From: Candidatus Marsarchaeota archaeon
GTDB taxonomy: Archaea > Micrarchaeota > Micrarchaeia > Micrarchaeales > Micrarchaeaceae
Assembly (NCBI GenBank): GCA_023485645.1
Contig: JAMCZM010000016.1
Span: 3,210 to 39,794 of the forward strand
Length of the DNA: 36,585 nucleotides
Direction: 5' to 3'
Shown: piece by piece, positions 1-8,522 of the stretch
How positions within the stretch are numbered: the first letter of the stretch is position 1
How the letters are laid out: each line of letters starts with the position of its first letter
Program-made: the position numbers and the translations under genes
Notes under the pieces: model-generated
Databases searched by the model: none
What the model saw: the letters and a program-made list of their open reading frames with translations, nothing else
Told to the model about the DNA's origin: nothing

Positions 1-3000
1 CAAATCTTGCATTGACAAACAACGGCAATGACCTATATCTTATAACTAGTGATGGGAAAATTGCGGATTTTAATACAATATCTAATTTAATAGTAAATAA
101 TTTAACGTATGCCCCTCCTACTAAAGTTTTGTCCCCGTTATTTACTAATGGCGGATCAAAAAAAATATATCTAATAAACACCCCATCCGGTGCAAATTCG
201 GAGGAGAATATGGGTATAACACCAATAATAAATAATGTAGCGCTAAGTAATATAAGTTTTAGTTCAAATCCTTACCCATATTATCCTGCAGCTGCGATAT
301 CGCCAAATGGCAATTACATATATGTTGCTGATTCAGGTGCAAATTTATTTAATGATAATATATACATATTAAATACAACCTCAGATGTGATAAATACAAT
401 AGAGCAAAATGCAATTATATTGTCAGATAATGTTATAGTTACCCCATCCCCAATTTATTTTGGGATGATGCCGAATGGGAAGAGTTTATATATGTCAGAA
501 TCGTGGGGCACGCATGGGTATCCAGGCAATGGCAATGCGACATTATCTATACTAAACACTACGACGCACGCAATATCAAATGCTATTGTATTTAGAGATG
601 CAATACCTGGATATATTGCAATCCCTAATAATAACTTTGCATATGTCTTAACCAATTCAGCAGATTATAATAACATAACAATAGTAAATTTGACTAACAA
701 CAACATCATAAAAAATATAAGTTTCGGTAATTTAATTCATCCAATAAAATTTTTAATCTCAAATCAGAGTGATGTTGCATATCTTATATATTTTGAAAGA
801 ATAAGAAATCAATTCAATACTACAAATACAACAAATGGCATATTTGCAATAAATCTTTTAAATAATACTATTATATCAAATTACACACTTAACAATGGTG
901 TGCAAGCGGCAGCACTTTCTTTAAATGGATCTAAAATTTATTATTCAGTATTTGGAACATACAAGCCATATTTATACATACTTAATACAGGTTTAATTAA
1001 ATATCAAACTTCAAATAACTCTGGCATATATAACATAGTTGCAAATACGCTTGGTAACTCAAATTATTCTAGTGAAAGTATCTCATCATCATTTACAATA
1101 GCACCTACTGGTTCATTGCTTGCAAATCCTATAACACCAAGCAATCCAATAATAGATGTTGGGCAAAGTATTACATTAAATTCTAATCCTACTGGTGGGT
1201 CACTGCCATATACATATCAATGGTATAGCGGTACAACTGCATGTTCAACTCAAATAAATAGTGGTGGCACATCTGAAAGTTATGTAGCAACTCCAAATTC
1301 AGATACATCATATTCTTACAAAGTTACTGATAATGTTGCAAACACTATATGCTCAGCTCTTACAAATGTAGTGGTAAATTCCGCCCTAATCGCTTCAAAT
1401 GTTCCGACATCAAGTGCTTCGACATTAGATAGTGGGCAGAGTGCAACGCTATCAATACTATCTCCAACTACTGGGTCGGCGCCATATACATATCAATGGT
1501 ATTCTGGAAGTTCTTCTTCATGCCAATCTGATAGTCCTATAACTAATACCAATGGTCTTTCATATATTGCAACGCCAACGTCCACAACTTATTACTGCGT
1601 TAAAGAGGCGGATAGTGCATACAATCCAGAAGTTGTATATACAAATACTTATAAAATATCAGTCACTCAAAATACCCTATCAACTCTCTCAATATCCCCA
1701 ACTTCTTACAATATAGACGATGGCCAAAGTATATCAATAACAATTGCATGGTCTGGCGGAACAGCGCCATACTCTGTATCACTTTATTCATCTTCAAGTT
1801 CATCCTGCAGCTCATCATCTACGCTCATTACAACCCAATCTTCTTTGAATACTAATAACGCTGTATTTCAATCATTAAGTCCGACAACCACAATTTATTA
1901 TTGCGCATATGTTACTGATAGTGCATCAAATCCATTAACACTAAATAGCAATACAATAAAAATAACTGTAAATCCGCAATTGACTGCGCCTACAATAACC
2001 CCGTCAAGTGTTGCAATAGATAGTGGACAAAATATTAAAATAGCATTAGGTGTGCAAACTACCGGAACATCCCCATATACCTATCAATGGTATAATGGTT
2101 CCTCGTCATGTCTTGATAGTTTAATTTCAGGAGCAACATCAAATTCTATAACAGTATCTCCAAATAGAAACATGTATTATTGCGCAAAAGTATTAGATTC
2201 TGTATCCTCACAAGTTTTAAGTGCATCATCAAATGTAGTCGTGTCTTTGGCCTTAGGCTCATTGTCAATAACTGCAAACAATCTAGTAATAGACGATGGC
2301 CAGCAGGTTAAAATTTCATCATCAATAACTGGTGGTACTACTCCATATACCTATCAATGGTATTCCGGGTCGTCTTCATCTTGCAGTTCGGATTCTCAAA
2401 TAAGCGGAGCAACATCAAATTCTATAACAGTATCTCCAACATCAACAACTTACTACTGTTTATCCATATCAGATTCAGCATATCAAAAAGAAAGTTCAGA
2501 ATCCACAGTGAAAATAACCGTAAATGCTCCATTACTATCTGGTGCTATAACTGCACCATCAAATTCAATCTATTTAACCCAAAATGTTGTATTAACTGCA
2601 AATCCAAGTGGAGGATCACTGCCATATACATATCAATGGTATTCATCTTCAAGTTCATCCTGCAGCTCATCATCTAATTTAATTGGCGGTGCCATAGAAT
2701 CAACATACACCGCATCACCTACTTCAAATACATATTATTGCTATGAAATAGTTGATTCTTTAGGGATGAGTGTATTATCCTCTACATATCTTGTTAACGT
2801 AAAGCCACTTCCAAATATTTTAATAACGCCAGAATATACAGTACTTGATTCTGGACAAACAGAAATATATCAGATAACTGCATATAATGGTATACCCCCA
2901 TTTAACGCTGCGCTTTATGATTTTAATAGTAATTCAATAGTAGGAAATGTTGCGTTAAACACGTTATCTACACCAAGTGACATATCATTTAATGTGTACT

Positions 3001-4517
3001 CTAATCAATTAAATAAAATATTTAAATATAACTCTATTGTGACAGATATTGGTAATGGAAATACGATATCCAATTCTTCATATAATAGCATAGTAGTAAA
3101 TCCTATGTTATCATTACTTATAACAACTCCAAATATAACGTTAAGCAGCAGCCAAAGCGAAACAATAAATTCAATTGTTAATAATGGAACAGCGCCATAT
3201 ACCTATCAATGGTATTCCGGGTCGTCTTCATCTTGCAGTTCGGATTCTCAAATAAGCGGAGCAACATTAAATTCTATAACAGTATCCCCAACATCAACAA
3301 CTTATTATTGTATTAGTGTAAAAGATAGTTCGCAAATCCCAGTAACATTATATTCAGATATGGAAAAAATTACAATAAACACGCAAACTTCTGGTGGCGG
3401 CGGAGGAGGAGGCGGCGGATTTGGTGGCGGCGGAGGAGGCGGCGGCAGCATCACAAAAAAAGTCATTCCTAATATTAAAATTGCAGGTTATGAAAATAAA
3501 AATGTGACATTAATATATAATAATAGCAGTGTAATTATTTCAGCATATAATATTTCAAATCCTGATAATATAATAGAGCTTACAATTAATCAAACATTGG
3601 AAAATTATTCTGGAAGTCTATCTTTTGGATTTACAACAATGAATTATACAATGAAGAAAAAGGTAGGCAGATATAACATAACTGCGCTTTCGGTCGCGGG
3701 AAATAAAAGAACATTTATATTAACAATAACAAATAATAGTACTATTGCAAATAATTTTATATTAAATCTAAGCAAATCTTTAGTAAATAAAACAATATCC
3801 AAAAACACGACAATAAATAGGAATTTTACAAATACTACTAATTCAACAAGTATCCCTTCAAATACGTTATCAAGTAAAAATGCAACAAAACAAATAATAT
3901 CTATAATAAATAACGGCAGCATTACATTGAATACAATTGTAAATAATTCTATTTCAAAAATAATCGGAAGAAATTTTGATATAAAAATACATATGCTCGA
4001 AAATACTTCAAATTCAATTGAACCGATAAACATAACAATTTCAAATAGTACTGGGAGCAAAATAAGTTCTCCTACAGGTTACTCAAAGAAATTAATTATA
4101 AATCTTACAATACATTATACCCAAACGCTGTTAAAATCCATATCTATAAATGAAACTTCAACGTGTAATTCTCGTAATCTTGTACCTTTTGTATATAAAA
4201 ATAATTCATGGGAGAAGGTCTTAAATTATACAGAAATTTATAGCGATGGAAATTGTACTGCGTCATTTAATTATTCTGGAACAAGTGCTGGAATTTTTGC
4301 CCCGATATATAGCAAAGCAACACAATCTAGCGGTTCAATAACCACGACAATTATATCTAGTAATTCGGCTAAAATAAACACAAATAGCATAACTACTTTT
4401 ATAAATACAATAAATATCAGTTACTTATATGATGTGGCGATATTAGTAACAATATTTATTATAATATACCTACTTTATCATATATATAAAATTGAAAAAA
4501 ATACCCCTAAGAATTGA
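1..4517 (+). CDS. Giant cell-surface glycoprotein, 5' end cut by the window edge. Contains YVTN-type beta-propeller repeats, 8 tandem Ig/PKD-like repeats, a poly-Gly hinge, a paralog-shared C-terminal module and a C-terminal TM anchor.
   Basis: The reading frame is open to the window start and the visible N-terminus has no signal peptide. Recurrent blade-like motifs are present (NGNYIYVADSG..IYILNTTS, NGKSLYMSES..LSILNTTT, NGSKIYYSV..LYILNT). Eight repeats carry GGxxPYTYQWYSGSSSSC...YYC. A G9-F-G8 hinge lies at 3393-3446. N-x-S/T sequons are very dense. The final hydrophobic helix (AILVTIFIIIYLLY) is followed by a basic tail. Confidence 0.85.
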   Translation, partial: NLALTNNGNDLYLITSDGKIADFNTISNLIVNNLTYAPPTKVLSPLFTNGGSKKIYLINTPSGANSEENMGITPIINNVALSNISFSSNPYPYYPAAAISPNGNYIYVADSGANLFNDNIYILNTTSDVINTIEQNAIILSDNVIVTPSPIYFGMMPNGKSLYMSESWGTHGYPGNGNATLSILNTTTHAISNAIVFRDAIPGYIAIPNNNFAYVLTNSADYNNITIVNLTNNNIIKNISFGNLIHPIKFLISNQSDVAYLIYFERIRNQFNTTNTTNGIFAINLLNNTIISNYTLNNGVQAAALSLNGSKIYYSVFGTYKPYLYILNTGLIKYQTSNNSGIYNIVANTLGNSNYSSESISSSFTIAPTGSLLANPITPSNPIIDVGQSITLNSNPTGGSLPYTYQWYSGTTACSTQINSGGTSESYVATPNSDTSYSYKVTDNVANTICSALTNVVVNSALIASNVPTSSASTLDSGQSATLSILSPTTGSAPYTYQWYSGSSSSCQSDSPITNTNGLSYIATPTSTTYYCVKEADSAYNPEVVYTNTYKISVTQNTLSTLSISPTSYNIDDGQSISITIAWSGGTAPYSVSLYSSSSSSCSSSSTLITTQSSLNTNNAVFQSLSPTTTIYYCAYVTDSASNPLTLNSNTIKITVNPQLTAPTITPSSVAIDSGQNIKIALGVQTTGTSPYTYQWYNGSSSCLDSLISGATSNSITVSPNRNMYYCAKVLDSVSSQVLSASSNVVVSLALGSLSITANNLVIDDGQQVKISSSITGGTTPYTYQWYSGSSSSCSSDSQISGATSNSITVSPTSTTYYCLSISDSAYQKESSESTVKITVNAPLLSGAITAPSNSIYLTQNVVLTANPSGGSLPYTYQWYSSSSSSCSSSSNLIGGAIESTYTASPTSNTYYCYEIVDSLGMSVLSSTYLVNVKPLPNILITPEYTVLDSGQTEIYQITAYNGIPPFNAALYDFNSNSIVGNVALNTLSTPSDISFNVYSNQLNKIFKYNSIVTDIGNGNTISNSSYNSIVVNPMLSLLITTPNITLSSSQSETINSIVNNGTAPYTYQWYSGSSSSCSSDSQISGATLNSITVSPTSTTYYCISVKDSSQIPVTLYSDMEKITINTQTSGGGGGGGGGFGGGGGGGGSITKKVIPNIKIAGYENKNVTLIYNNSSVIISAYNISNPDNIIELTINQTLENYSGSLSFGFTTMNYTMKKKVGRYNITALSVAGNKRTFILTITNNSTIANNFILNLSKSLVNKTISKNTTINRNFTNTTNSTSIPSNTLSSKNATKQIISIINNGSITLNTIVNNSISKIIGRNFDIKIHMLENTSNSIEPINITISNSTGSKISSPTGYSKKLIINLTIHYTQTLLKSISINETSTCNSRNLVPFVYKNNSWEKVLNYTEIYSDGNCTASFNYSGTSAGIFAPIYSKATQSSGSITTTIISSNSAKINTNSITTFINTINISYLYDVAILVTIFIIIYLLYHIYKIEKNTPKN
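2343..2459 (+). repeat. Near-identical intragenic DNA repeat, copy A (partner at 3195-3311)
   Basis: This 117 bp matches 3195-3311 at a constant offset of 852 nt. By my reading there are 4 mismatches (2416, 2435, 2453, 2456). Confidence 0.8.
3195..3311 (+). repeat. Near-identical intragenic DNA repeat, copy B (partner at 2343-2459)
   Basis: Same evidence as copy A. Both encode PYTYQWYSGSSSSCSSDSQISGAT(S/L)NSITVSPTSTTYYC. Confidence 0.8.
3393..3446 (+). repeat. GC-rich poly-glycine tract (G9-F-G8) coding for a hinge
   Basis: The codons read ggt ggc ggc gga gga gga ggc ggc gga ttt ggt ggc ggc gga gga ggc ggc ggc. This is an isolated G+C island in AT-rich DNA. It is followed by agcatcacaaaaaaagtcattcc, which recurs at 6939-6961. 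Confidence 0.9.
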
Positions 4518-4547
4518 TGCTTTGCGTATTAAAAATTATGTGATGCT

Positions 4548-7500
4548 GTGAAATATAAGCTACTATACTTATCATTATTTATAATAATTATAGCAGTAAC
4601 TCTGATTTTTTTGCCTTCTGGTGTTCAAAAAATATCTATTAAAAAGCCACTAATATTCTCTCAGTCGGTTACGCCCCCTACTGGTGTATTATATTCAATA
4701 CCTATAAAATTAATCAATTCACAAAATGCTCCTACCCCAATAAATTTTCAACAAGAGCTTACTATTTATTTAAACAAGTCCTATATGGCTTCTGGGTTGC
4801 AAAATGTAGAATTTTTCTATCCTAATGGAAGCATAATAACTTCATGGATGCAATCATATAATACTACAAATCTTGGCGCGTATTATTTTGCGATATACTG
4901 GTTGAAGTTAAATGCACCTATTAATTCAAACAGTAATGAAACAATATATATGGGAGTAGGAAGTGTATCAACAAACTTCTTTAATTCAAAAACAACTGGA
5001 GAAGCTCCACAACTAAGCCAAATTTATGGTGAATACGATAATGGATTTAATGTTTTCAATTTGTATGATAATTTTGCTGGGAGAGTATTAAACACTAGTA
5101 AATGGAATAGTTGTAGCGGTTACATAGTGGATAATGGCTATACTGCAAATACCTCCAAATGTTCTGGAGCGTATTCCCAAATGCCCGCTCCAAAAGCGCC
5201 TAGCGGGTCTTTACAAAATCCAAGTACTGGTATAGTTTCAATGTATATATCAAATTCTTCTGGCAATGCTGTTGGGACACCGGTGGTCTGCTGGCTTCAT
5301 ATGGGCGGCTATTGCAATCCTTCTGTTGGTGTAAATAATGGCGCTCTTTTGTTATATTCCGGAGCTCAAGGTGCAGATAGCTATTTTTATGGGATAGATA
5401 TAATTACGGCAAATTCGTTGTCTAGCTATCAGAAATATACGATTAATTGGATGTTTATTAGTTATTACCCTCCAAATGGTGTAATGCCTACGTATGAAAT
5501 CGCAAGTTCCCCTGCAATTGCATTAAGCAATATTTCTTTATTATCTGGATGGTCTGGCGGTAGTTTTACATTTCCATCGCCAGTTCCCGTAGGTCCACAA
5601 GTATACTCAAATGGTACAATAACTGCTGTTTTAACAAATTATGCGGTTAGCGTATATACAAATTCTGGAAGCTATATTGGTCTGTTACCATCAAAAAGTC
5701 TAGGGTGGAATGGATATGGAATAAACCCACAATTCTATTATGATCATTTAACCAATAGGTGGATTATAATTACAGATGCTGATCCAAATGTAGATATTGG
5801 CGTATCTAAGACGGGAAATATTTTAGGACAATGGTATAATTATAGCATACCTGAAAATGGGGATTCAGATTATACTCAAATGGCTGTAAGTCAAAATAAT
5901 TTAGTAATAACTGCGGACATTTTTACTATAGGGGGTGGTTATTTTGTAAATAGCACTATTTTTGTAGTAAATAAAACAAAGCTTATAAAAAATAATGAGC
6001 TGTCATTTTCAAAATTAGTATATCCCTCATTCTTATTCCCGCAGCCCCTTACTCCTGTAGGAAGTGTACCTAATTCGGTATATGTGGTAAGCTCTTTTGC
6101 AACTTCTACGTCCACTGGTATATTTAATATATCCGGGCCTGCAGAATCGCCTATTATAAAAACATATTATCTTAGCGATAATAGACATTCACTTGAAGTA
6201 TTTAGTCATAATTTTAGCGATGGACCGACTGGTTCAAATACTATTCAGGCGACAGGAGGTCAGGGTGGTATAATTTATAAAGGAAATATCTGGTATGGTT
6301 TTGATACCACCTGTAATACTCATTCGACTCAATGTATACATGTAATGGAAATAAATATTTCAACTGGGAATATACTACAAACATTTAACATAGATAATAA
6401 TACTAATATGAATTTTGTAAATCCATCATTTTCGGCAGATGGTAGTGGGGATATAATAATAACATTTGAATATGGGAACGCAACGGCATATGGTAGTTTA
6501 GGTGCGGCGGTACAACTATCATCCGCCCAACCTAATACTATAAGTTATTTTATACCCCTAAAAGCGGGTATTGAAAATGTTGGTGGTAGATACGGCGATT
6601 GGAGCGGTAGTTCAACAAGTCCTAATGGGGATGTCATATACTCCGCCGGGCAGTATGCTGGAAATTTTGGCGAATCATCCCTATGGATACAGGCATTCTC
6701 TATAAATCATAATGCATTTACTACAACTACATCAACAAGTTCAACAACTTCCATATTATCAACTACATCAACAATACCTACAACTTCTACATTATCAACT
6801 ACAACAATATCACAATCTATTCCATCTACATCAACTACAACAATTCTTGCAAATCAAACAGTATCAAATAATTCTACGACTCCAACAACGACTATCAGTG
6901 GCGGCGGAGGAGGCGGATTCGGCGGTGGTGGTGGCGGCAGCATCACAAAAAAAGTCATTCCAAATATTGATATTTTAGGGTATAAAAATATGAATGTAAC
7001 CATAATTTATAATTCAAGTGATGTTCTTATTTCAGCATATAATAATTCAAATCCCGACGGGATAATAGAATTACTTGTAAATCAAATATTGGAAAATTAT
7101 TCTGGTGGGTTGTCGTTCGGGTTTACTGCTGTAAATTATACAATGAAGAAAAATGTAGGCGAATACAACATAACTGCAATATCCGTTTCCGGGAATAAAA
7201 GGACAGTAATTTTGAGAATAACAAATAATGCCACTGCCGTTAGTGATTGGAATAAAAAGAAAATGAATTCAAACTCTACTTCAAATGCAAATAGTTCAAT
7301 AGAAAAGAGAAATAATTTTACAATAATAAATTCAAGTGCCACAATAAAAAACAATTCAACGATATCAATCAACGCACTAATCAAGCATAATACTATAGGT
7401 AGAATTAATATTGGTAATATATCTATAGATTTATACCCTAAAAATTCGCTTCAAAATTATAGCTTAAATCTAGCGTTAGTAAATAAGACGGGCACGCTTA

Positions 7501-7946
7501 ATAATACGCCAGTAGGATATTCAAAATTATTTGTAATAAATTTATCAATTTCTAAATATAATGGTTCTATGGCAATTATGGTCAATAAAACTATAAATTG
7601 CGGTCTGTTAAATAATTACGCAATATTTCAATATCAATATGGCATATGGTTTGAAACATCCAATTATACTGAAACTGAAAAAAATAATGTTTGTAATATA
7701 AACTTTCCATATAACGGGTCATTGTCCGGTATATTTATATCCACGAAATTAAATAATTTGAATAATACAAATCCGATTCAAATAAATCAAAGTGAAAATT
7801 TAAGCGTGCACTTAAAATCAGGCAGCCAAAACGGTACAAATCAAACATTGGATTACATATATGATATAATTATAATATGGCTTATTTTATTTATATTATA
7901 CGAATTGCAAATTATTGTAAAAGCAAATAAGAACATAAAAAAATGA
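4548..7946 (+). CDS. Giant cell-surface glycoprotein. Contains a signal/anchor, a DUF2341-like plus lectin-like N-terminal region, a Thr/Ser stalk, a poly-Gly hinge, the shared C-terminal module and a C-terminal TM anchor.
   Basis: A GTG start lies 30 nt after the upstream stop. The N-terminal hydrophobic segment is LLYLSLFIIIIAVTLIFL. NVEFFYPNGSIITSW..YYFAIYWLKLNAPINSNSNETIYMG and YDNFAG..LNTSKWN resemble DUF2341 / ConA-LamG-type surface domains; this is motif-level recognition only. A T/S-rich stalk spans 6718-6893 and a G6-F-G6 hinge 6900-6938. The C-terminal ~335 aa are homologous to the C-terminus of the upstream protein. The terminal helix IIIIWLILFILY is followed by a basic tail. Confidence 0.85.
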   Translation: MKYKLLYLSLFIIIIAVTLIFLPSGVQKISIKKPLIFSQSVTPPTGVLYSIPIKLINSQNAPTPINFQQELTIYLNKSYMASGLQNVEFFYPNGSIITSWMQSYNTTNLGAYYFAIYWLKLNAPINSNSNETIYMGVGSVSTNFFNSKTTGEAPQLSQIYGEYDNGFNVFNLYDNFAGRVLNTSKWNSCSGYIVDNGYTANTSKCSGAYSQMPAPKAPSGSLQNPSTGIVSMYISNSSGNAVGTPVVCWLHMGGYCNPSVGVNNGALLLYSGAQGADSYFYGIDIITANSLSSYQKYTINWMFISYYPPNGVMPTYEIASSPAIALSNISLLSGWSGGSFTFPSPVPVGPQVYSNGTITAVLTNYAVSVYTNSGSYIGLLPSKSLGWNGYGINPQFYYDHLTNRWIIITDADPNVDIGVSKTGNILGQWYNYSIPENGDSDYTQMAVSQNNLVITADIFTIGGGYFVNSTIFVVNKTKLIKNNELSFSKLVYPSFLFPQPLTPVGSVPNSVYVVSSFATSTSTGIFNISGPAESPIIKTYYLSDNRHSLEVFSHNFSDGPTGSNTIQATGGQGGIIYKGNIWYGFDTTCNTHSTQCIHVMEINISTGNILQTFNIDNNTNMNFVNPSFSADGSGDIIITFEYGNATAYGSLGAAVQLSSAQPNTISYFIPLKAGIENVGGRYGDWSGSSTSPNGDVIYSAGQYAGNFGESSLWIQAFSINHNAFTTTTSTSSTTSILSTTSTIPTTSTLSTTTISQSIPSTSTTTILANQTVSNNSTTPTTTISGGGGGGFGGGGGGSITKKVIPNIDILGYKNMNVTIIYNSSDVLISAYNNSNPDGIIELLVNQILENYSGGLSFGFTAVNYTMKKNVGEYNITAISVSGNKRTVILRITNNATAVSDWNKKKMNSNSTSNANSSIEKRNNFTIINSSATIKNNSTISINALIKHNTIGRINIGNISIDLYPKNSLQNYSLNLALVNKTGTLNNTPVGYSKLFVINLSISKYNGSMAIMVNKTINCGLLNNYAIFQYQYGIWFETSNYTETEKNNVCNINFPYNGSLSGIFISTKLNNLNNTNPIQINQSENLSVHLKSGSQNGTNQTLDYIYDIIIIWLILFILYELQIIVKANKNIKK
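6900..6938 (+). repeat. GC-rich poly-glycine tract (G6-F-G6), shorter paralog of 3393-3446
   Basis: The codons read ggc ggc gga gga ggc gga ttc ggc ggt ggt ggt ggc ggc, followed by the same 23-nt agcatcacaaaaaaagtcattcc. Confidence 0.9.
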
Positions 7947-7951
7947 GAAAA

Positions 7952-8518
7952 TTATTTTTCACCGAAAACTAAGTATGCTGTGTGCCATATACCCTTTGTT
8001 GAAGGGCGCATGCCCTCTTTTCTTACGTATAAATCTCTTAGTATTACCTCAAATGTTATTATGTCTTTGAATTTCATTGTGTTCATTTTTGATACAAAGC
8101 GTTTTACTTGTTCCATTTGTGGTAAATAACCTACTAAAATACCATTTCCGCGCAAAGCAAGTTTTGCGTTCTTTACTGCTTTTTCAGCCATGGGCATATC
8201 TATTACGACAAGGTCAAAATCTCTTTCAGAAACCTTTTTAGTAAAATCCATATTCTTAATCTGCAAATTATCTAAGTTCTCATTTACTCTATTCTTTTCG
8301 GCAAGATTTGCAAAATCCTCCCTTATTTCATAGCTTACCACCCTATCTGCTATTCTTGCAAGAGATATTGCAAGCCATCCACTTCCAGTGCCCGCATCAA
8401 TGCATTTGCTTTTTTTATTTATTCCAGAATAAGATATTATGATTCCAATATCCTTCGGTAATATAACCTGTGGGGATCTCTTTAAGCGCTTGTAATGTTT
8501 TGGTAGATAAATATCCAT
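7952..8518 (-). CDS. trmI: SAM-dependent methyltransferase, TrmI/GCD14-like tRNA (adenine-N1) methyltransferase catalytic domain
   Basis: The SAM-binding motif CIDAGTGSGWLAISLA is preceded by ILPKDIGIIISYSGI, the TrmI-type entry. An acidic DLVVIDMP post-motif is present. At 188 aa the protein lacks the usual small N-terminal domain. The start lies 4 nt downstream of the topA stop, which suggests an operon. Confidence 0.6.
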   Translation of the reverse strand: MDIYLPKHYKRLKRSPQVILPKDIGIIISYSGINKKSKCIDAGTGSGWLAISLARIADRVVSYEIREDFANLAEKNRVNENLDNLQIKNMDFTKKVSERDFDLVVIDMPMAEKAVKNAKLALRGNGILVGYLPQMEQVKRFVSKMNTMKFKDIITFEVILRDLYVRKEGMRPSTKGIWHTAYLVFGEK

Positions 8519-8522
8519 AATA

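Larger units (their letters stand above)
1092..3392 (+). repeat. In-frame tandem array of 8 Ig/PKD-like domain repeats (period about 270-306 nt)
   Basis: The Pro codon of the P-Y-T-Y-Q-W-Y motif recurs at 1206, 1482, 1767 (PYSVSLY variant), 2073, 2343, 2622, about 2896 (degenerate PPFNAALY) and 3195. Each unit has a Ser-rich stretch with one Cys and a downstream YYC. Confidence 0.8.

Noticed and set aside
2357-4060. ORFs 2357-2677 (+, alternative frame) and 3644-4060 (-) inside the first giant gene; likewise 455-655 (-)
   Set aside because: These are shadow ORFs inside a long, motif-rich coding frame. Their products are low-complexity Phe/Ile/Leu-rich strings typical of alternative or antisense reading of AT-rich Asn/Ser/Thr-coding DNA.
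6712-7384. ORF 6712-6978 (+, Gln/Leu-rich) and 7136-7384 (-) inside the second giant gene
   Set aside because: These are alternative-frame and antisense readings of the Thr/Ser stalk and the conserved C-terminal cassette. The main frame is supported by paralog conservation.
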